Shown here: in pieces, positions 37,279 to 47,366 of the stretch
Layout of the letters: each line of letters begins with the position of its first letter
Numbering within the stretch: the stretch's first letter is position 1
Origin: a virus
Taxonomy: Duplodnaviria > Caudoviricetes
IMG/VR virus record: IMGVR_UViG_3300029305_003246
Span: 71,414-135,413 of that record
Direction: 5' to 3' (one strand)
Length of the DNA: 64,000 nt
The notes under the pieces: model-generated
What the model saw: the letters and a program-made list of their open reading frames with translations, nothing else
The model's database searches: none
What the model was told of the DNA's origin: nothing
Position numbers and translations under genes: made by a program

Positions 37279-38091
37279 ATGAGTTTATTTAAAGACTTAA
37301 ATCAAGCAAACAAAATAATGTTAGGCTTAAATGAATGCAAAGAAGAGCCTAAAGTTGAAGAAGTTAAGGAAGAAGAGGTGAAAGTAGAAGAGGAAGTAAA
37401 AGTAGATGAAGAAGTTAAAGTTGAAGAAAAAGAAGAAGCTAAGGAAGAAAAACTTGAAGAAGGTAAAAAAGGTAAGAAGTGTGAAAACGAAGAAGAGGAA
37501 GAAGAGGAAGAAATAGACGAAGACTTAAAAGAGTTCTTTGAAAACGGATTCGAATTACATGAAGGCTCATCTTTAAATTTATTCTTATGTGAAGATTGTG
37601 GTGCTATTCACGAATGTGAAGGTGAGTGTGAAGAATGTGGTGGTCACCTAGAAGAAGCAATGAAGTTAGTTGTTAAAGGTGGAAAAGTAGTTAAAAAGAA
37701 AATAAAAACTAAAAAACAAAAAATGTCTTCAAAACAAAAGGCAGCACTTAAAAAGGCTCAAAAGAAATCTCAATCAGCTGGAGCTAAGAAAGCAAGAGCT
37801 AAATCAATGAAAGTTAGAGCTAAAAAAGGATTAAACGAAGGTGAAAATAAAGAGTGTCCAGAATGTGGATATATTGGTACTATGGTTGAAATAGAAGATG
37901 GAGTTTTCGAATGTCCAGATTGCCATGCAGAATTAGAGGTAGCAGAAGAAGCAATACAAGAATCTGTTGATACTACTTTAGAAATGTATAAAAGAGCTTT
38001 AGATATACCAGAGTTTGTATTAAATGAAGGAAATGAATTCGTTAAATCTTATATAAAACATGTATTCGATATAGACTTAGATGAAGAATAG
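37279..38091 (+). CDS. prohead core/internal protein (T4 gp67/gp68-like) with Zn ribbons
   Basis: Acidic N-terminus; basic KLVVKGGKVVKK…ARAKSMKVRAKKGL segment; CxxC pairs; many L/I-x-E sites. Confidence 0.6.
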   Translation: MSLFKDLNQANKIMLGLNECKEEPKVEEVKEEEVKVEEEVKVDEEVKVEEKEEAKEEKLEEGKKGKKCENEEEEEEEEIDEDLKEFFENGFELHEGSSLNLFLCEDCGAIHECEGECEECGGHLEEAMKLVVKGGKVVKKKIKTKKQKMSSKQKAALKKAQKKSQSAGAKKARAKSMKVRAKKGLNEGENKECPECGYIGTMVEIEDGVFECPDCHAELEVAEEAIQESVDTTLEMYKRALDIPEFVLNEGNEFVKSYIKHVFDIDLDEE

Positions 38092-38094
38092 GAT

Positions 38095-38601
38095 GTGTTT
38101 CCTATGGGAAATATAACTCCTAACAATAATGAATATAACTTATTATCAGGATTTATTGAAGAGGCTTTAGACTTATTAGGTCAAGAATGTTTAATCTACT
38201 TAATAAATGATTCTATTAAAGAAACACCATCCGATAGTATTCTTTATTACGATAAGCCTATAAAATCAAATATACTATTTGAGGACGATTTAAGAGATGT
38301 AAAAATGAAAGGTAAGCACTGGGATAAAGAAGTAGATATGGAGATTATAGCTTATATTGGCCTAGATGATTTATTTAATATTAAAAAACATTGCATAGTC
38401 GAAACTACACCTACTTTTTACAATGCACCTTCTAAATTTTTAATCACTGATATTTATGGTCAAGTTAATTCTACTTATGCGAGGGTTAAATTAGTACCTT
38501 ATAGACAATCTTTAAGAACTGAACTTGATGTTAAGAAAGATGTAGAAACTAAATATGTTGAAAATGATATAGTATACAGAAAGAGCCATTTAAAAAGATG
38601 A
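38095..38601 (+). CDS. head closure/neck protein (gp14-like)
   Basis: EALDLLGQEC.IY N-terminus; position after the neck gene. Confidence 0.55.
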   Translation: MFPMGNITPNNNEYNLLSGFIEEALDLLGQECLIYLINDSIKETPSDSILYYDKPIKSNILFEDDLRDVKMKGKHWDKEVDMEIIAYIGLDDLFNIKKHCIVETTPTFYNAPSKFLITDIYGQVNSTYARVKLVPYRQSLRTELDVKKDVETKYVENDIVYRKSHLKR

Positions 38602-39146
38602 TTTATATACAACCTTTAGATTATAAATGGTTTCCTATTGATACGAATGATTTGGCTTTCGAGGAAGAATTAGCAAAAGATTTTGTAAAACAAGTCAAAG
38701 TCGCTATCGAAACTCAGAAATTCAATTTCACCCCTTTATCTCCCAAGTATTTAGCTTATAAGAGACAAAGGGGTTTATCATTAAATATTTGGGAAGCGAC
38801 GTCACAACTAAAAAATTCTCTAGGTTACTTTATTGAAGGAGATACTATCACTATAGGGTGGGATAAGAATTTAGTCCATGATAACTCCAATTTAAAAGTC
38901 TATCAAATAGCAATACTTTTAGAATTTGGGACTGCGAAAATACCACCTAGACCTTTATTCAGGAATATGCTTAAAATTTACCAAGATAGTCCTACGAAGA
39001 AGCCACTTCCTCAATCAGGAGTTTTTACGAAGAAGAAAACATCAGGTATCGATATTAAAACTTCTATAAAAGAGTCAATATTTACTAAGATAAGTAAAAA
39101 AGTCAAATCGTTCTTTAGTTTCTTTAATATCTTTAAAAAGAGGTGA
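38598..39146 (+). CDS. tail-completion/virion morphogenesis protein (HK97 gp10-like)
   Basis: PLSPKY…K; LLEFGTAKIPPRPLFR motif. Confidence 0.65.
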   Translation: MIYIQPLDYKWFPIDTNDLAFEEELAKDFVKQVKVAIETQKFNFTPLSPKYLAYKRQRGLSLNIWEATSQLKNSLGYFIEGDTITIGWDKNLVHDNSNLKVYQIAILLEFGTAKIPPRPLFRNMLKIYQDSPTKKPLPQSGVFTKKKTSGIDIKTSIKESIFTKISKKVKSFFSFFNIFKKR

Positions 39147-39151
39147 TTAAA

Positions 39152-39742
39152 ATGAGTTTACATTTATATGATAAGGCACTTCTAAACAAACTTAAAAGTG
39201 TATTTGAAAATGTAGTAGATGCAAGTGATGAAAAGGCCTTACAGCTATCTGAAGATAATGAAGCTATGGTTTACCTACCTATGATTTCATTTTGGCGATT
39301 AAATAATAACCTATCTACGGATTATGCACAATCTCCTTTGAAAAATTTAGGTAGACGTAACTCACGAATCATAAATGATTCTAAGTTAGTCAATTATGAG
39401 TTGGCCTTTAACCTTGAATACCAAATAGATATATGGAGCGATAGACGTTCCGAATGTGATGACCTATTTACTGAATTAGTCTTATTCTTCTTACAAGAAC
39501 CTAACCTAGTAATATATGATGAAAATGCTCAACAAGAATATGTTTTACCAGTTACAATTACTGAAACTGTAACTAATGTAGATTTAACTCAATTTAGTGA
39601 TAACGGAAATTTATATAGACAGGTGATTACTTTATCAGTACCAAATGCACCAGTCTTATTCCCTAAAAAGCATAAAATGATTAAAACTCGAATTGTCAAA
39701 TGGGTTCTAGAAAACTTCAGAGGTGATAGATTTGATATATAA
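39152..39742 (+). CDS. tail terminator/sheath stabiliser (gp15-like)
   Basis: LPMISFWR, LEYQIDIWS; position before the sheath gene. Confidence 0.6.
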   Translation: MSLHLYDKALLNKLKSVFENVVDASDEKALQLSEDNEAMVYLPMISFWRLNNNLSTDYAQSPLKNLGRRNSRIINDSKLVNYELAFNLEYQIDIWSDRRSECDDLFTELVLFFLQEPNLVIYDENAQQEYVLPVTITETVTNVDLTQFSDNGNLYRQVITLSVPNAPVLFPKKHKMIKTRIVKWVLENFRGDRFDI

Positions 39743-39929
39743 ACTTACTTTAGAAGTTGACCATGCAATTACTTTATTATACCTTGAGGATGATGGTACT
39801 ATAAGAAATATAAAATTCTTGCCATCTGATACTCTTTATATTGATGATGATTCGATACTTAGATATTTGAATCTAAGGGGCTTACTAGACCCAGCTCTAA
39901 ATATAATACAAATTAGAAAGGAAGGTTGA
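39723..39929 (+). CDS. hypothetical small protein
   Basis: Fills the gap between tail terminator and sheath; GAGGTG RBS. Confidence 0.5.
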   Translation: MIDLIYKLTLEVDHAITLLYLEDDGTIRNIKFLPSDTLYIDDDSILRYLNLRGLLDPALNIIQIRKEG

Positions 39930-41680
39930 AGACCACAATGGTACAAAGATTGCCTTACGGAACTAACGTTCCAGGAATTCGTTTTACTGAAAACTATATA
40001 ATGCCAGCAGTAAATGGTGAAAGAGATACAATAACTTGTATCTTAGGGACTGCAAAATCAGGACCAGTTGACCCTACAATTGTGAAATCTGCATCCGATT
40101 TTAAACTTCTATTTGATGTAGCTTTACAAGACGATTATGGTATAAAAGCAGCAAATGTTATTTTACCAGATACAGTAATGTTTGTTAGGGTTCTATCAAA
40201 AGGAGCTAGAACTATATTTAAGGATGAAGATAGAGATATATTTATAGCAAAAGAAGGTGGTACTCATTTAGTTGGAGGTTCTATCGAAATATCTATAGAA
40301 AAAGAAGCTATAAAAGTTGAACTTAAAAGAAATGAAAATTTATTAGAGTCAGTAGTTTGTTCTTCTAACCCTTTAGATAGTGAATATATCTTTAAAGTAT
40401 TTGATAATTATTCTACTTACTTAAAATTAGCAACAGCAGATGATTATAAATTCGAAGCGAAAACTTTAGTTGGTGCAGGTGGTACTACAGGAGCAGCACG
40501 TGGTGTTGGTGCAACTGAAGGATTTGAAGTTATGTCTAAATATCCAGATGCAAGATTAAATAATGCAGTTGTACACTTATTAAATACTCTTGAAGGAAAG
40601 CCTTATATACAATTAATAAGAAATGGTGAAGTTGTAGAAGAAATACCATTCTCAAGTTCTCTTGAAAATATATCTGATTTCGTTGCAAGAGTAAATTCTA
40701 CTTCTAATTATATAGAAATTACAAAACTTGAATCTTTCGAACCTTGTAATGTTGTTATAGCAGGAGGAGACGCAGGTACAACTTCTGTAACAGCAGAAGA
40801 TTTTATAGATGCTTTAGATAAGATAGCAGATGCATCTATATACAGAGTTGATACTCTAATAATACCAGGAATAACTGATAATAGAGTTCAAGCTTATGCT
40901 CAAGAAATATGTGAATTTAGAGGAGATACTTTATATATAGCAGACCATCCACTTGGCTTAAGAAGTAACCATGTTAGAGACTTCGTAAGAGCTAGAGGTC
41001 AATTCTCAGCTAATACTCCATTATCATCTTCATATGTTTCAGTATTCTCACCTTGGGTTAAATATAATGATGGAAATGTTTCATTCTATCCACCTTCTAT
41101 ATTTGCAGCAAAACAATTAAGTAACAATGATAAGTCTTGGAAAGTTTGGGACTCATGTGCAGGAGTTAAACGTGGAGTATTAAGTGCTATATCAGGACTT
41201 GAATATGACCCATCTAAAACTGAAATGGATATCCTTTATAATGATGCATTAGTTAATCCTATAGTTAATATAACAGGAAAAGGTTTCATTATATGGGGTA
41301 ATAAAACAACTAGACCTCCAATGTATAAAAATGCACCAGAGCCAGTTTGTTCTCTAAACGTAAGAAGATTAATAAATCACTTAAGAAAAGTTATATATGA
41401 CGCTACATTACCATTATTATTCGAAGCAAATGATGCATTCTCTTGGACTATGATGGAAAATATAGTTAATCCTATATTAACTACTATAAAAAATGGAAGA
41501 GGTATAGATGACTATAGATTCATATGTAATGAAACAACTAACACTGCAGAAAATATAGATAGTTTAATAATGTCTGCAGTTCTTATGATAAGACCTACTC
41601 GTTCTTCAGAGTATATAAATATAGATTTAAATGTATACCCTTATACAGTAGAGTTTCCAGAAATAGGAGGTGACAATTAA
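39926..41680 (+). CDS. contractile tail sheath protein
   Basis: PGIRFTE, GTAKSGP, FYPPS, AGVKRG, VNPI, IWGNKT, LNVRRL, RGIDDYRFICNETTNT. Confidence 0.93.
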   Translation: MKTTMVQRLPYGTNVPGIRFTENYIMPAVNGERDTITCILGTAKSGPVDPTIVKSASDFKLLFDVALQDDYGIKAANVILPDTVMFVRVLSKGARTIFKDEDRDIFIAKEGGTHLVGGSIEISIEKEAIKVELKRNENLLESVVCSSNPLDSEYIFKVFDNYSTYLKLATADDYKFEAKTLVGAGGTTGAARGVGATEGFEVMSKYPDARLNNAVVHLLNTLEGKPYIQLIRNGEVVEEIPFSSSLENISDFVARVNSTSNYIEITKLESFEPCNVVIAGGDAGTTSVTAEDFIDALDKIADASIYRVDTLIIPGITDNRVQAYAQEICEFRGDTLYIADHPLGLRSNHVRDFVRARGQFSANTPLSSSYVSVFSPWVKYNDGNVSFYPPSIFAAKQLSNNDKSWKVWDSCAGVKRGVLSAISGLEYDPSKTEMDILYNDALVNPIVNITGKGFIIWGNKTTRPPMYKNAPEPVCSLNVRRLINHLRKVIYDATLPLLFEANDAFSWTMMENIVNPILTTIKNGRGIDDYRFICNETTNTAENIDSLIMSAVLMIRPTRSSEYINIDLNVYPYTVEFPEIGGDN

Positions 41681-42177
41681 TGCCTATCAATATGAATGGT
41701 TCTCACCTAAGTTCAAATAGAACTTATGAATTCCAAAAGATGAATCAATTTGAATGTCAAATAGGTGATTTAGCACAAGAAGTTACTTTATCTGTATCAA
41801 AAGCATTCTTACCAGAGGTCAGCTTAGATGTAGTTGAAGTTCCTTACTTCAACGGGAAAACTAAATTCGCAGGATTAGCAAACTTCGAAGGAGGTTCTAT
41901 CGAGATAAGAGATGCTATAGGAGCAGATATAGAAAAAATATTATATAATTGGTTCAAATCAACTTATGACTGGAATACAGGAGCTATGGGTTATGCAACT
42001 GATTATAAAAAAGAAATAACAGTTACTGAATACTCAGGGGATGGCCAAGTTGCTAGGGTTTGGAAATTAAAAGGATGTTGGATTTCTACTTTCGCAGGTG
42101 GCGAACTTGATTACTCTAGTGGTGACTTAAAAGTTATAACATTAACTATACAATACGATAGTGCCGAAAGAGTTTAG
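41680..42177 (+). CDS. tail tube protein (gp19-like)
   Basis: NQF…KFAG…WF…DYKKEITV…WKLKGCW…LDYSS…TIQYD. Confidence 0.88.
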   Translation: MPINMNGSHLSSNRTYEFQKMNQFECQIGDLAQEVTLSVSKAFLPEVSLDVVEVPYFNGKTKFAGLANFEGGSIEIRDAIGADIEKILYNWFKSTYDWNTGAMGYATDYKKEITVTEYSGDGQVARVWKLKGCWISTFAGGELDYSSGDLKVITLTIQYDSAERV

Positions 42178-42181
42178 TATT

Positions 42182-42218
42182 AAAGGAAGTGAGTTCAATC
42201 TCACTTCCTTTATTCGTT
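42182..42218 (+). promoter_or_regulatory. terminator hairpin fused with GTTCA-N17-CGTT promoter
   Basis: AAAGGAAGTGAG-ttcaat-CTCACTTCCTTT; GTTCA 42193-97, CGTT 42215-18. Confidence 0.7.
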
Positions 42219-42253
42219 TTAAATAGTAATACATTTAAAAAAGGAGGATTAAT

Positions 42254-42997
42254 ATGGAAGAAAGAATTACCTTACCATCTAATGGTGTCTTTTATGAACA
42301 AGATTTCCCAATAAATATTACAATAAGAAGTTTAACTACTAATGAGGAGCAACTTTTATATGGCTCTACTTCTGAAACTACTATAGATAAAATAATATCA
42401 AATTGTATAGTTGACCCCAAAAATTTCCCTTTAAATGATATATTACCAGCCGATAAAATGTTTATTCTTTTTAAACTTAGAATAATATCTTATGGCCAAG
42501 AATATAATCAAACTATATTCTGTCCTTATTGTAATTATGAAGGCTCTGCAGTTTTAGACTTAGACCAATTACCTTGTGATGAGTTAGATGAAGATAAAAT
42601 AAAAATACCTTTAAAATTAACACTTCCGATGAGTAAGGATGTAATCGAATTAAGAGTCTTAACTGAAAAAGACTATAAAACTATAAAAGAAAGGGCACTG
42701 AAGTTAAGCAGTAAACTGAGCATACCTTTCGGTCAAGTAGAGCATAAGTTAAGATTTGCAAAACAAATTAAATCTGTAAATGGCGAAAAAATGGATTCAT
42801 TCTTAGCCGAAAAATACTATTCTACTATGCACGTGCGAGATGTTAAATATATAGAATCAGCTCTTAACTCAATTAAATTAGGTTATCAAGGAGCCCTAGA
42901 TATGGTATGCCCTTCATGTGGTCACGATATAGTAGTACCATTTGAAATGACTAGTGAATTCCTTAACCCTACTTTTCGAGACATCGAGTGGAATTAA
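42254..42997 (+). CDS. baseplate hub/tail assembly chaperone (T4 gp26-like)
   Basis: ITLPSNG..Y, IRSLTTNEE, LRIISYG, CPYC, CPSCG. Confidence 0.75.
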   Translation: MEERITLPSNGVFYEQDFPINITIRSLTTNEEQLLYGSTSETTIDKIISNCIVDPKNFPLNDILPADKMFILFKLRIISYGQEYNQTIFCPYCNYEGSAVLDLDQLPCDELDEDKIKIPLKLTLPMSKDVIELRVLTEKDYKTIKERALKLSSKLSIPFGQVEHKLRFAKQIKSVNGEKMDSFLAEKYYSTMHVRDVKYIESALNSIKLGYQGALDMVCPSCGHDIVVPFEMTSEFLNPTFRDIEWN

Positions 42998-43220
42998 TCC
43001 TAGAGTGAAAGTTCGTACACTTGATATGACCGAAGCTATTAACCGAATGAAGTTTGCTATGTATAATAATATCACGAAGGAAATTTCTTATATGGTATAT
43101 GAAGGTCATTTCGATGTTAGTTCTATAAAAGCGATGACGCCATATGAACGTGGTTTACATCTAAAATATATTATAGATAGAATTATTCAATATAATGAAA
43201 GTATTAAAGGAAAGGGATGA
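42954..43220 (+). CDS. small tail assembly protein (gp51-like / chaperone second half); true start uncertain
   Basis: AMTPYER…L motif; lies between the gp26-like gene and the tape measure; no clear RBS. Confidence 0.55.
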   Translation: MNSLTLLFETSSGINPRVKVRTLDMTEAINRMKFAMYNNITKEISYMVYEGHFDVSSIKAMTPYERGLHLKYIIDRIIQYNESIKGKG

Positions 43221-43260
43221 TATAAATCATCCCTTTAAATCATTCAGAGGTGGTGATTAG

Positions 43261-46200
43261 ATGGCAGAAAATAATTCTCCTAGAAATGATACTCCGAATC
43301 AGGGTGGTTCTCGTAACTCTAGAACAAGAAGAATTGAGGGTTTACAATTAAGACGTCTAGTAAGACAAGAAAGGGAAAATAGAGAATTACGAAGACAAAT
43401 GACCACTCTGCTTAACTATCAAAGGGAGTTAGAAAAGCGACTTAAAGATTCTATAGATACTGATGAAGAAATTCGAAGAAATAATGCATCTATAGATAAG
43501 ATATTAAAAGAAAATCAGAAATATGAAAGAGCTTTACAATCTGCTCAAGAGGCATTAGATGAGGAGCAGTCTGATTTCTATCGTATGGCCTTACAAGATA
43601 ATACTGTTGAATTAAATAGGCTAAAGGAATTAAATGCCGAACTTAGAAGAGGCAATAATAATACCGAAGAGCAATTAGAAGATATTCAAGATTCGATGGA
43701 CGAAATGAATGAAACATTTAGTGATAATCTTCAAAGTCTAATCGACTCATTTAATATAATGGCGATAAAAGATTCTATGGACGAAGGTATTGCAGAAATA
43801 TCTAAAAGCATGATAGATATAACTAATGCTCTACATTTAGATGCCGAAGAAGCCGATGCTTTTAAGAAAACTTTATCTAATAATTTAAAAGAATTTAATA
43901 AATTAAATAATAACATGTTAAATTCTGCAGATATGCAAGAAGCAGTTGCTAAATTAATAGAAGCAGGTATTACTGATACTAACTCTATTATAAAATTTTG
44001 GGAATCTGTTGCAGTAGCCGATAAACTTGGTTACGATATAGGCTCTCAGCAAGGAATAATGCAATATGTAGATTCTGAAGCCGATATTGAAAATATATTA
44101 GGCTCTTTAGTAAAAACAAAAGGGTTAGATGGTGTAAATCAAGATGGTATCATAGATGCAGTCAATACTATTATGCCAGCCATTTCTCATCTATCTGATG
44201 AGCAACAAGCTAGAATTCTTAATGAAGCAATTTCTACTATGGCATCAGCTCAAGCAGCAGGTATACAAGGTTTTGAAGATTTATATGCCGATATGATTGC
44301 CGATGCTTATTCATATGATGCTACTAAAACTGATTCATATCTTGATAAATATGGTGCAAATGCCCGTGTAGTTGCACAACAAGATATAGGTGCTATAACT
44401 CAAACCTTATTAAATCAAGTCGATATGGCAGGCTTTAATAATGCGATGCTAGAGTCTTATGGTTGGACGGAAGAAATGATTGATTCTGCAAATAAAACTA
44501 ATGCTAATGGAAAGTTATTACTTACTCAAACTGAGCAATTAGTCAAAGAAGATTCTATGAAAGCCTTAGATACAGCCCTTGAAGATTTCCATACATCTGT
44601 TATCGATAGTCTTAAAAACAAAATAAGTCCTTATCTAATGACTATATCAAACGCAGTTAGTTCTTGGGGACTTGATTGGTCGGATATAACAGGGATGTAC
44701 TTAGCAGGAAAAGGTATTTGGGATTTAGTCAAAGGAATTGCCAACTTCTTTGGTATAAGCAGTTTAGGTGCAGGGGCAGCAAGTGCGACGGCTACAGCAG
44801 CAGGTGCGACTGGAGCAGGTGGTGCAGTAGCAACAGGTATAGGTGGAAAAATAGCATCAATGGGTGGAGCTCTTTGGGGTGGTATAAAAGGTGTTGGTGC
44901 AACTGTTGGTGGTGCAATTGGTGGTACAGCAGGTGCAGTAGCTTTAGCAGTTCCAACTATACTTGGATATTTAGGATTTAAAGATGCTAAAACTCAATCT
45001 AAGGCTTGGGAAGAAAAGACTGCAAAAGAGCAAGAAGACGAATTAAGAGAAAAAGTTATTCAATATATGCAAGATGAAGAGGTAATAAGAGACCAAAGTA
45101 AATCTAGTTCTCAATTTAATGCATATGGAACTCATAGAAATGGTCTTGATAATGTCCCTATAGATGGATACAAGGCGATTCTTCATAGTGGTGAAGCAGT
45201 TCTTACTCGCAAAGAAGCCGAGGCTTATAGAGCGAATCCAGATATTTTAAAACAAGCCAATAGTTTCCCAAAAACTTCAGTAAAAATATCTGAGCAATCT
45301 AAACAATCTTTAGTAAAAGCATCTGTACATTCTAAAAAAGATTTAGAAGTTTTCTCTAAAAATACTCAAGCCTTAAAACGAAATGATGCTAATGCTCAAA
45401 AGACTTTATCTGTCCTAAGTAAAATTAAAAGTAATGAAGTTTTAGGAAAAGCACGTGAAACAGCTTTAGATGTCTTTAATAAAGTTAAGGCTACATCAAC
45501 GGCATCTACTAATAATCCATCTGACAATTCCTCAAGTACTATTTCAGCCAGTCCAGGAGGACCTATAGATGAAAATTTAATGTATTCTAGTCAGTCAGGA
45601 TTTTTTCAAGCTTTAGCACCAGGAGCTAAACAGTCTTATCAACAATACGGTGTTTTCCCAGCAGTAACTTTAGCCCAAGCAGCATTAGAATCAGGTTGGG
45701 GAAAATCTAAAGTTGCAAGAACTGATAAGAACTTATTTGGTATAAAATACAATGGTAAAAATGCACCAGGTATAACTATAACTAAAGGTCTGAATTGTCC
45801 TTCTAATGAACCAGGTGGTGCAGTTCCTTATGCAAGATATCAATCTTTTGCCGATTCTATGACTGACCATGGACATTTTTTACATCGTTATAGTAGATAT
45901 AGTGCAGCATTAAAAGCAAATAACCCAAAAGACCAGATTAGATTGATTCATAAGGCAGGCTATGCAGGTGACCCTAATTATACTAAATCTATTCATAATA
46001 TGATGGATAAATATAATTTAACTAAGTATGAACAGGGGACTCCATATGTCCCATCCGACCAAATAGCCTTACTTCATAAGGGTGAAATGGTTGTCCCTAA
46101 AGAACATAACCCAATGAATTCAGGAACTACTATTCCTACAGGAACTGATTTAACTGACCTAATACAATTATTAAAATGGGGATTTGAATTCTTAGGTAAG

Positions 46201-46296
46201 AAATTAGATGAAGAAAAAATTGTAACTCAATCTACTTCAAATAAAGGATTTAGAACTCTTAATGAACGTTATCAAAATGCGAAGATAGGTAGGTGA
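43261..46296 (+). CDS. tape measure protein with C-terminal GH73 glucosaminidase
   Basis: Coiled-coil N-terminus, Gly/Ala-rich hydrophobic region, AQAALESGWG…NLFGIK…GYAGDPNY. Confidence 0.85.
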   Translation: MAENNSPRNDTPNQGGSRNSRTRRIEGLQLRRLVRQERENRELRRQMTTLLNYQRELEKRLKDSIDTDEEIRRNNASIDKILKENQKYERALQSAQEALDEEQSDFYRMALQDNTVELNRLKELNAELRRGNNNTEEQLEDIQDSMDEMNETFSDNLQSLIDSFNIMAIKDSMDEGIAEISKSMIDITNALHLDAEEADAFKKTLSNNLKEFNKLNNNMLNSADMQEAVAKLIEAGITDTNSIIKFWESVAVADKLGYDIGSQQGIMQYVDSEADIENILGSLVKTKGLDGVNQDGIIDAVNTIMPAISHLSDEQQARILNEAISTMASAQAAGIQGFEDLYADMIADAYSYDATKTDSYLDKYGANARVVAQQDIGAITQTLLNQVDMAGFNNAMLESYGWTEEMIDSANKTNANGKLLLTQTEQLVKEDSMKALDTALEDFHTSVIDSLKNKISPYLMTISNAVSSWGLDWSDITGMYLAGKGIWDLVKGIANFFGISSLGAGAASATATAAGATGAGGAVATGIGGKIASMGGALWGGIKGVGATVGGAIGGTAGAVALAVPTILGYLGFKDAKTQSKAWEEKTAKEQEDELREKVIQYMQDEEVIRDQSKSSSQFNAYGTHRNGLDNVPIDGYKAILHSGEAVLTRKEAEAYRANPDILKQANSFPKTSVKISEQSKQSLVKASVHSKKDLEVFSKNTQALKRNDANAQKTLSVLSKIKSNEVLGKARETALDVFNKVKATSTASTNNPSDNSSSTISASPGGPIDENLMYSSQSGFFQALAPGAKQSYQQYGVFPAVTLAQAALESGWGKSKVARTDKNLFGIKYNGKNAPGITITKGLNCPSNEPGGAVPYARYQSFADSMTDHGHFLHRYSRYSAALKANNPKDQIRLIHKAGYAGDPNYTKSIHNMMDKYNLTKYEQGTPYVPSDQIALLHKGEMVVPKEHNPMNSGTTIPTGTDLTDLIQLLKWGFEFLGKKLDEEKIVTQSTSNKGFRTLNERYQNAKIGR

Positions 46297-46303
46297 TAAA
46301 TAG

Positions 46304-47068
46304 ATGCAATTAGGTGATAAAAGTGCAGAATTATATGATTTGCATACTTTCCTTATACAAAATAATTTTCTAGAAGAAAGGGAATACTTCTATGGTATAC
46401 CCACTTTTAATGCAGTTAAAAAATTACAAGAATATTTAGGTATAGAAGTTAATGGTGAGTTTGATGAAGCTTTATATTATTTATTTGAATTAAAGCAAGT
46501 TGAGGAGTCCTTTCCACCTATTCAGACTTTCGCCGAAAATACTAAACAAACTGATAATGCAGGTAAACAAGCTACATTTGATGAAAGTCTAGCTAATTTA
46601 GATGGTCTAGTATTCCCAGCTTATATACAAAACTTACTTACGGGGACGACAATAAAGATTCCAGTTACTATTGAGGAACTCAATTGGAGTAAGGGAAATA
46701 ACTTTGCAGAGACTGAAACAAAGGGTCGTTCTGCATCCTTTTTAAGTTATTCAAATTCTACTTCAAAGAGTCTTGATTTTTCGTTCACTGTACATGTAGA
46801 TATATTAAAGTCTATTGGAGAAACTTTCACTTCCTACTCCAATAAATTAGAGGCATTAGCATATCCACGTTATGGAAACTATACCGTACCACCGAAAGCA
46901 TTTTTTAGATGTGGTTCTATTCGTTTAGAAGGTGTAGTAAACGAGGTATCTGTTAGTGCATCCCCACCTATTATCAACAATGAATATACTTTATTAACTG
47001 TAACAGTATCTATGACTGAAACTTATTCAGAAGGAAAATCTGCTACTACAATAGAAGGAGGCAAATAA
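46304..47068 (+). CDS. PG-binding domain + tail tube initiator-like baseplate protein
   Basis: T.NAVKKLQ..LGIEVNG; GRS…YSNS…L.F; YP.Y…PPK. Confidence 0.6.
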   Translation: MQLGDKSAELYDLHTFLIQNNFLEEREYFYGIPTFNAVKKLQEYLGIEVNGEFDEALYYLFELKQVEESFPPIQTFAENTKQTDNAGKQATFDESLANLDGLVFPAYIQNLLTGTTIKIPVTIEELNWSKGNNFAETETKGRSASFLSYSNSTSKSLDFSFTVHVDILKSIGETFTSYSNKLEALAYPRYGNYTVPPKAFFRCGSIRLEGVVNEVSVSASPPIINNEYTLLTVTVSMTETYSEGKSATTIEGGK

Positions 47069-47069
47069 C

Positions 47070-47351
47070 ATGTATTATGAAAAGGTTAATCCTCATTATA
47101 ACCTACCAGTTCTACAAACACATTATTTTTATGATATACCTTTTTCAGATGACGATATTTATGTGAAAGTAACTTCCGATTATATTAATCGTTTAGATAA
47201 AGTTGCATATGATTATTATAATAATGTGAGTTTGTGGTGGGTTATTGCTCAAGCTAGTAACATACGAAATCCTTTTAATATTCCAGAAGGTACAGTATTA
47301 AGGATTCCACCAATGTCGACTTTATTTAGACTTAGAGGGATAAATATATAG
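47070..47351 (+). CDS. LysM-like baseplate wedge protein (gp53/tail X-like)
   Basis: RLDKVAYDYY…LWWVIAQASNI.NPF.IPEGTVLRIP. Confidence 0.85.
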   Translation: MYYEKVNPHYNLPVLQTHYFYDIPFSDDDIYVKVTSDYINRLDKVAYDYYNNVSLWWVIAQASNIRNPFNIPEGTVLRIPPMSTLFRLRGINI

Positions 47352-47366
47352 GAAGGAGGATATATT

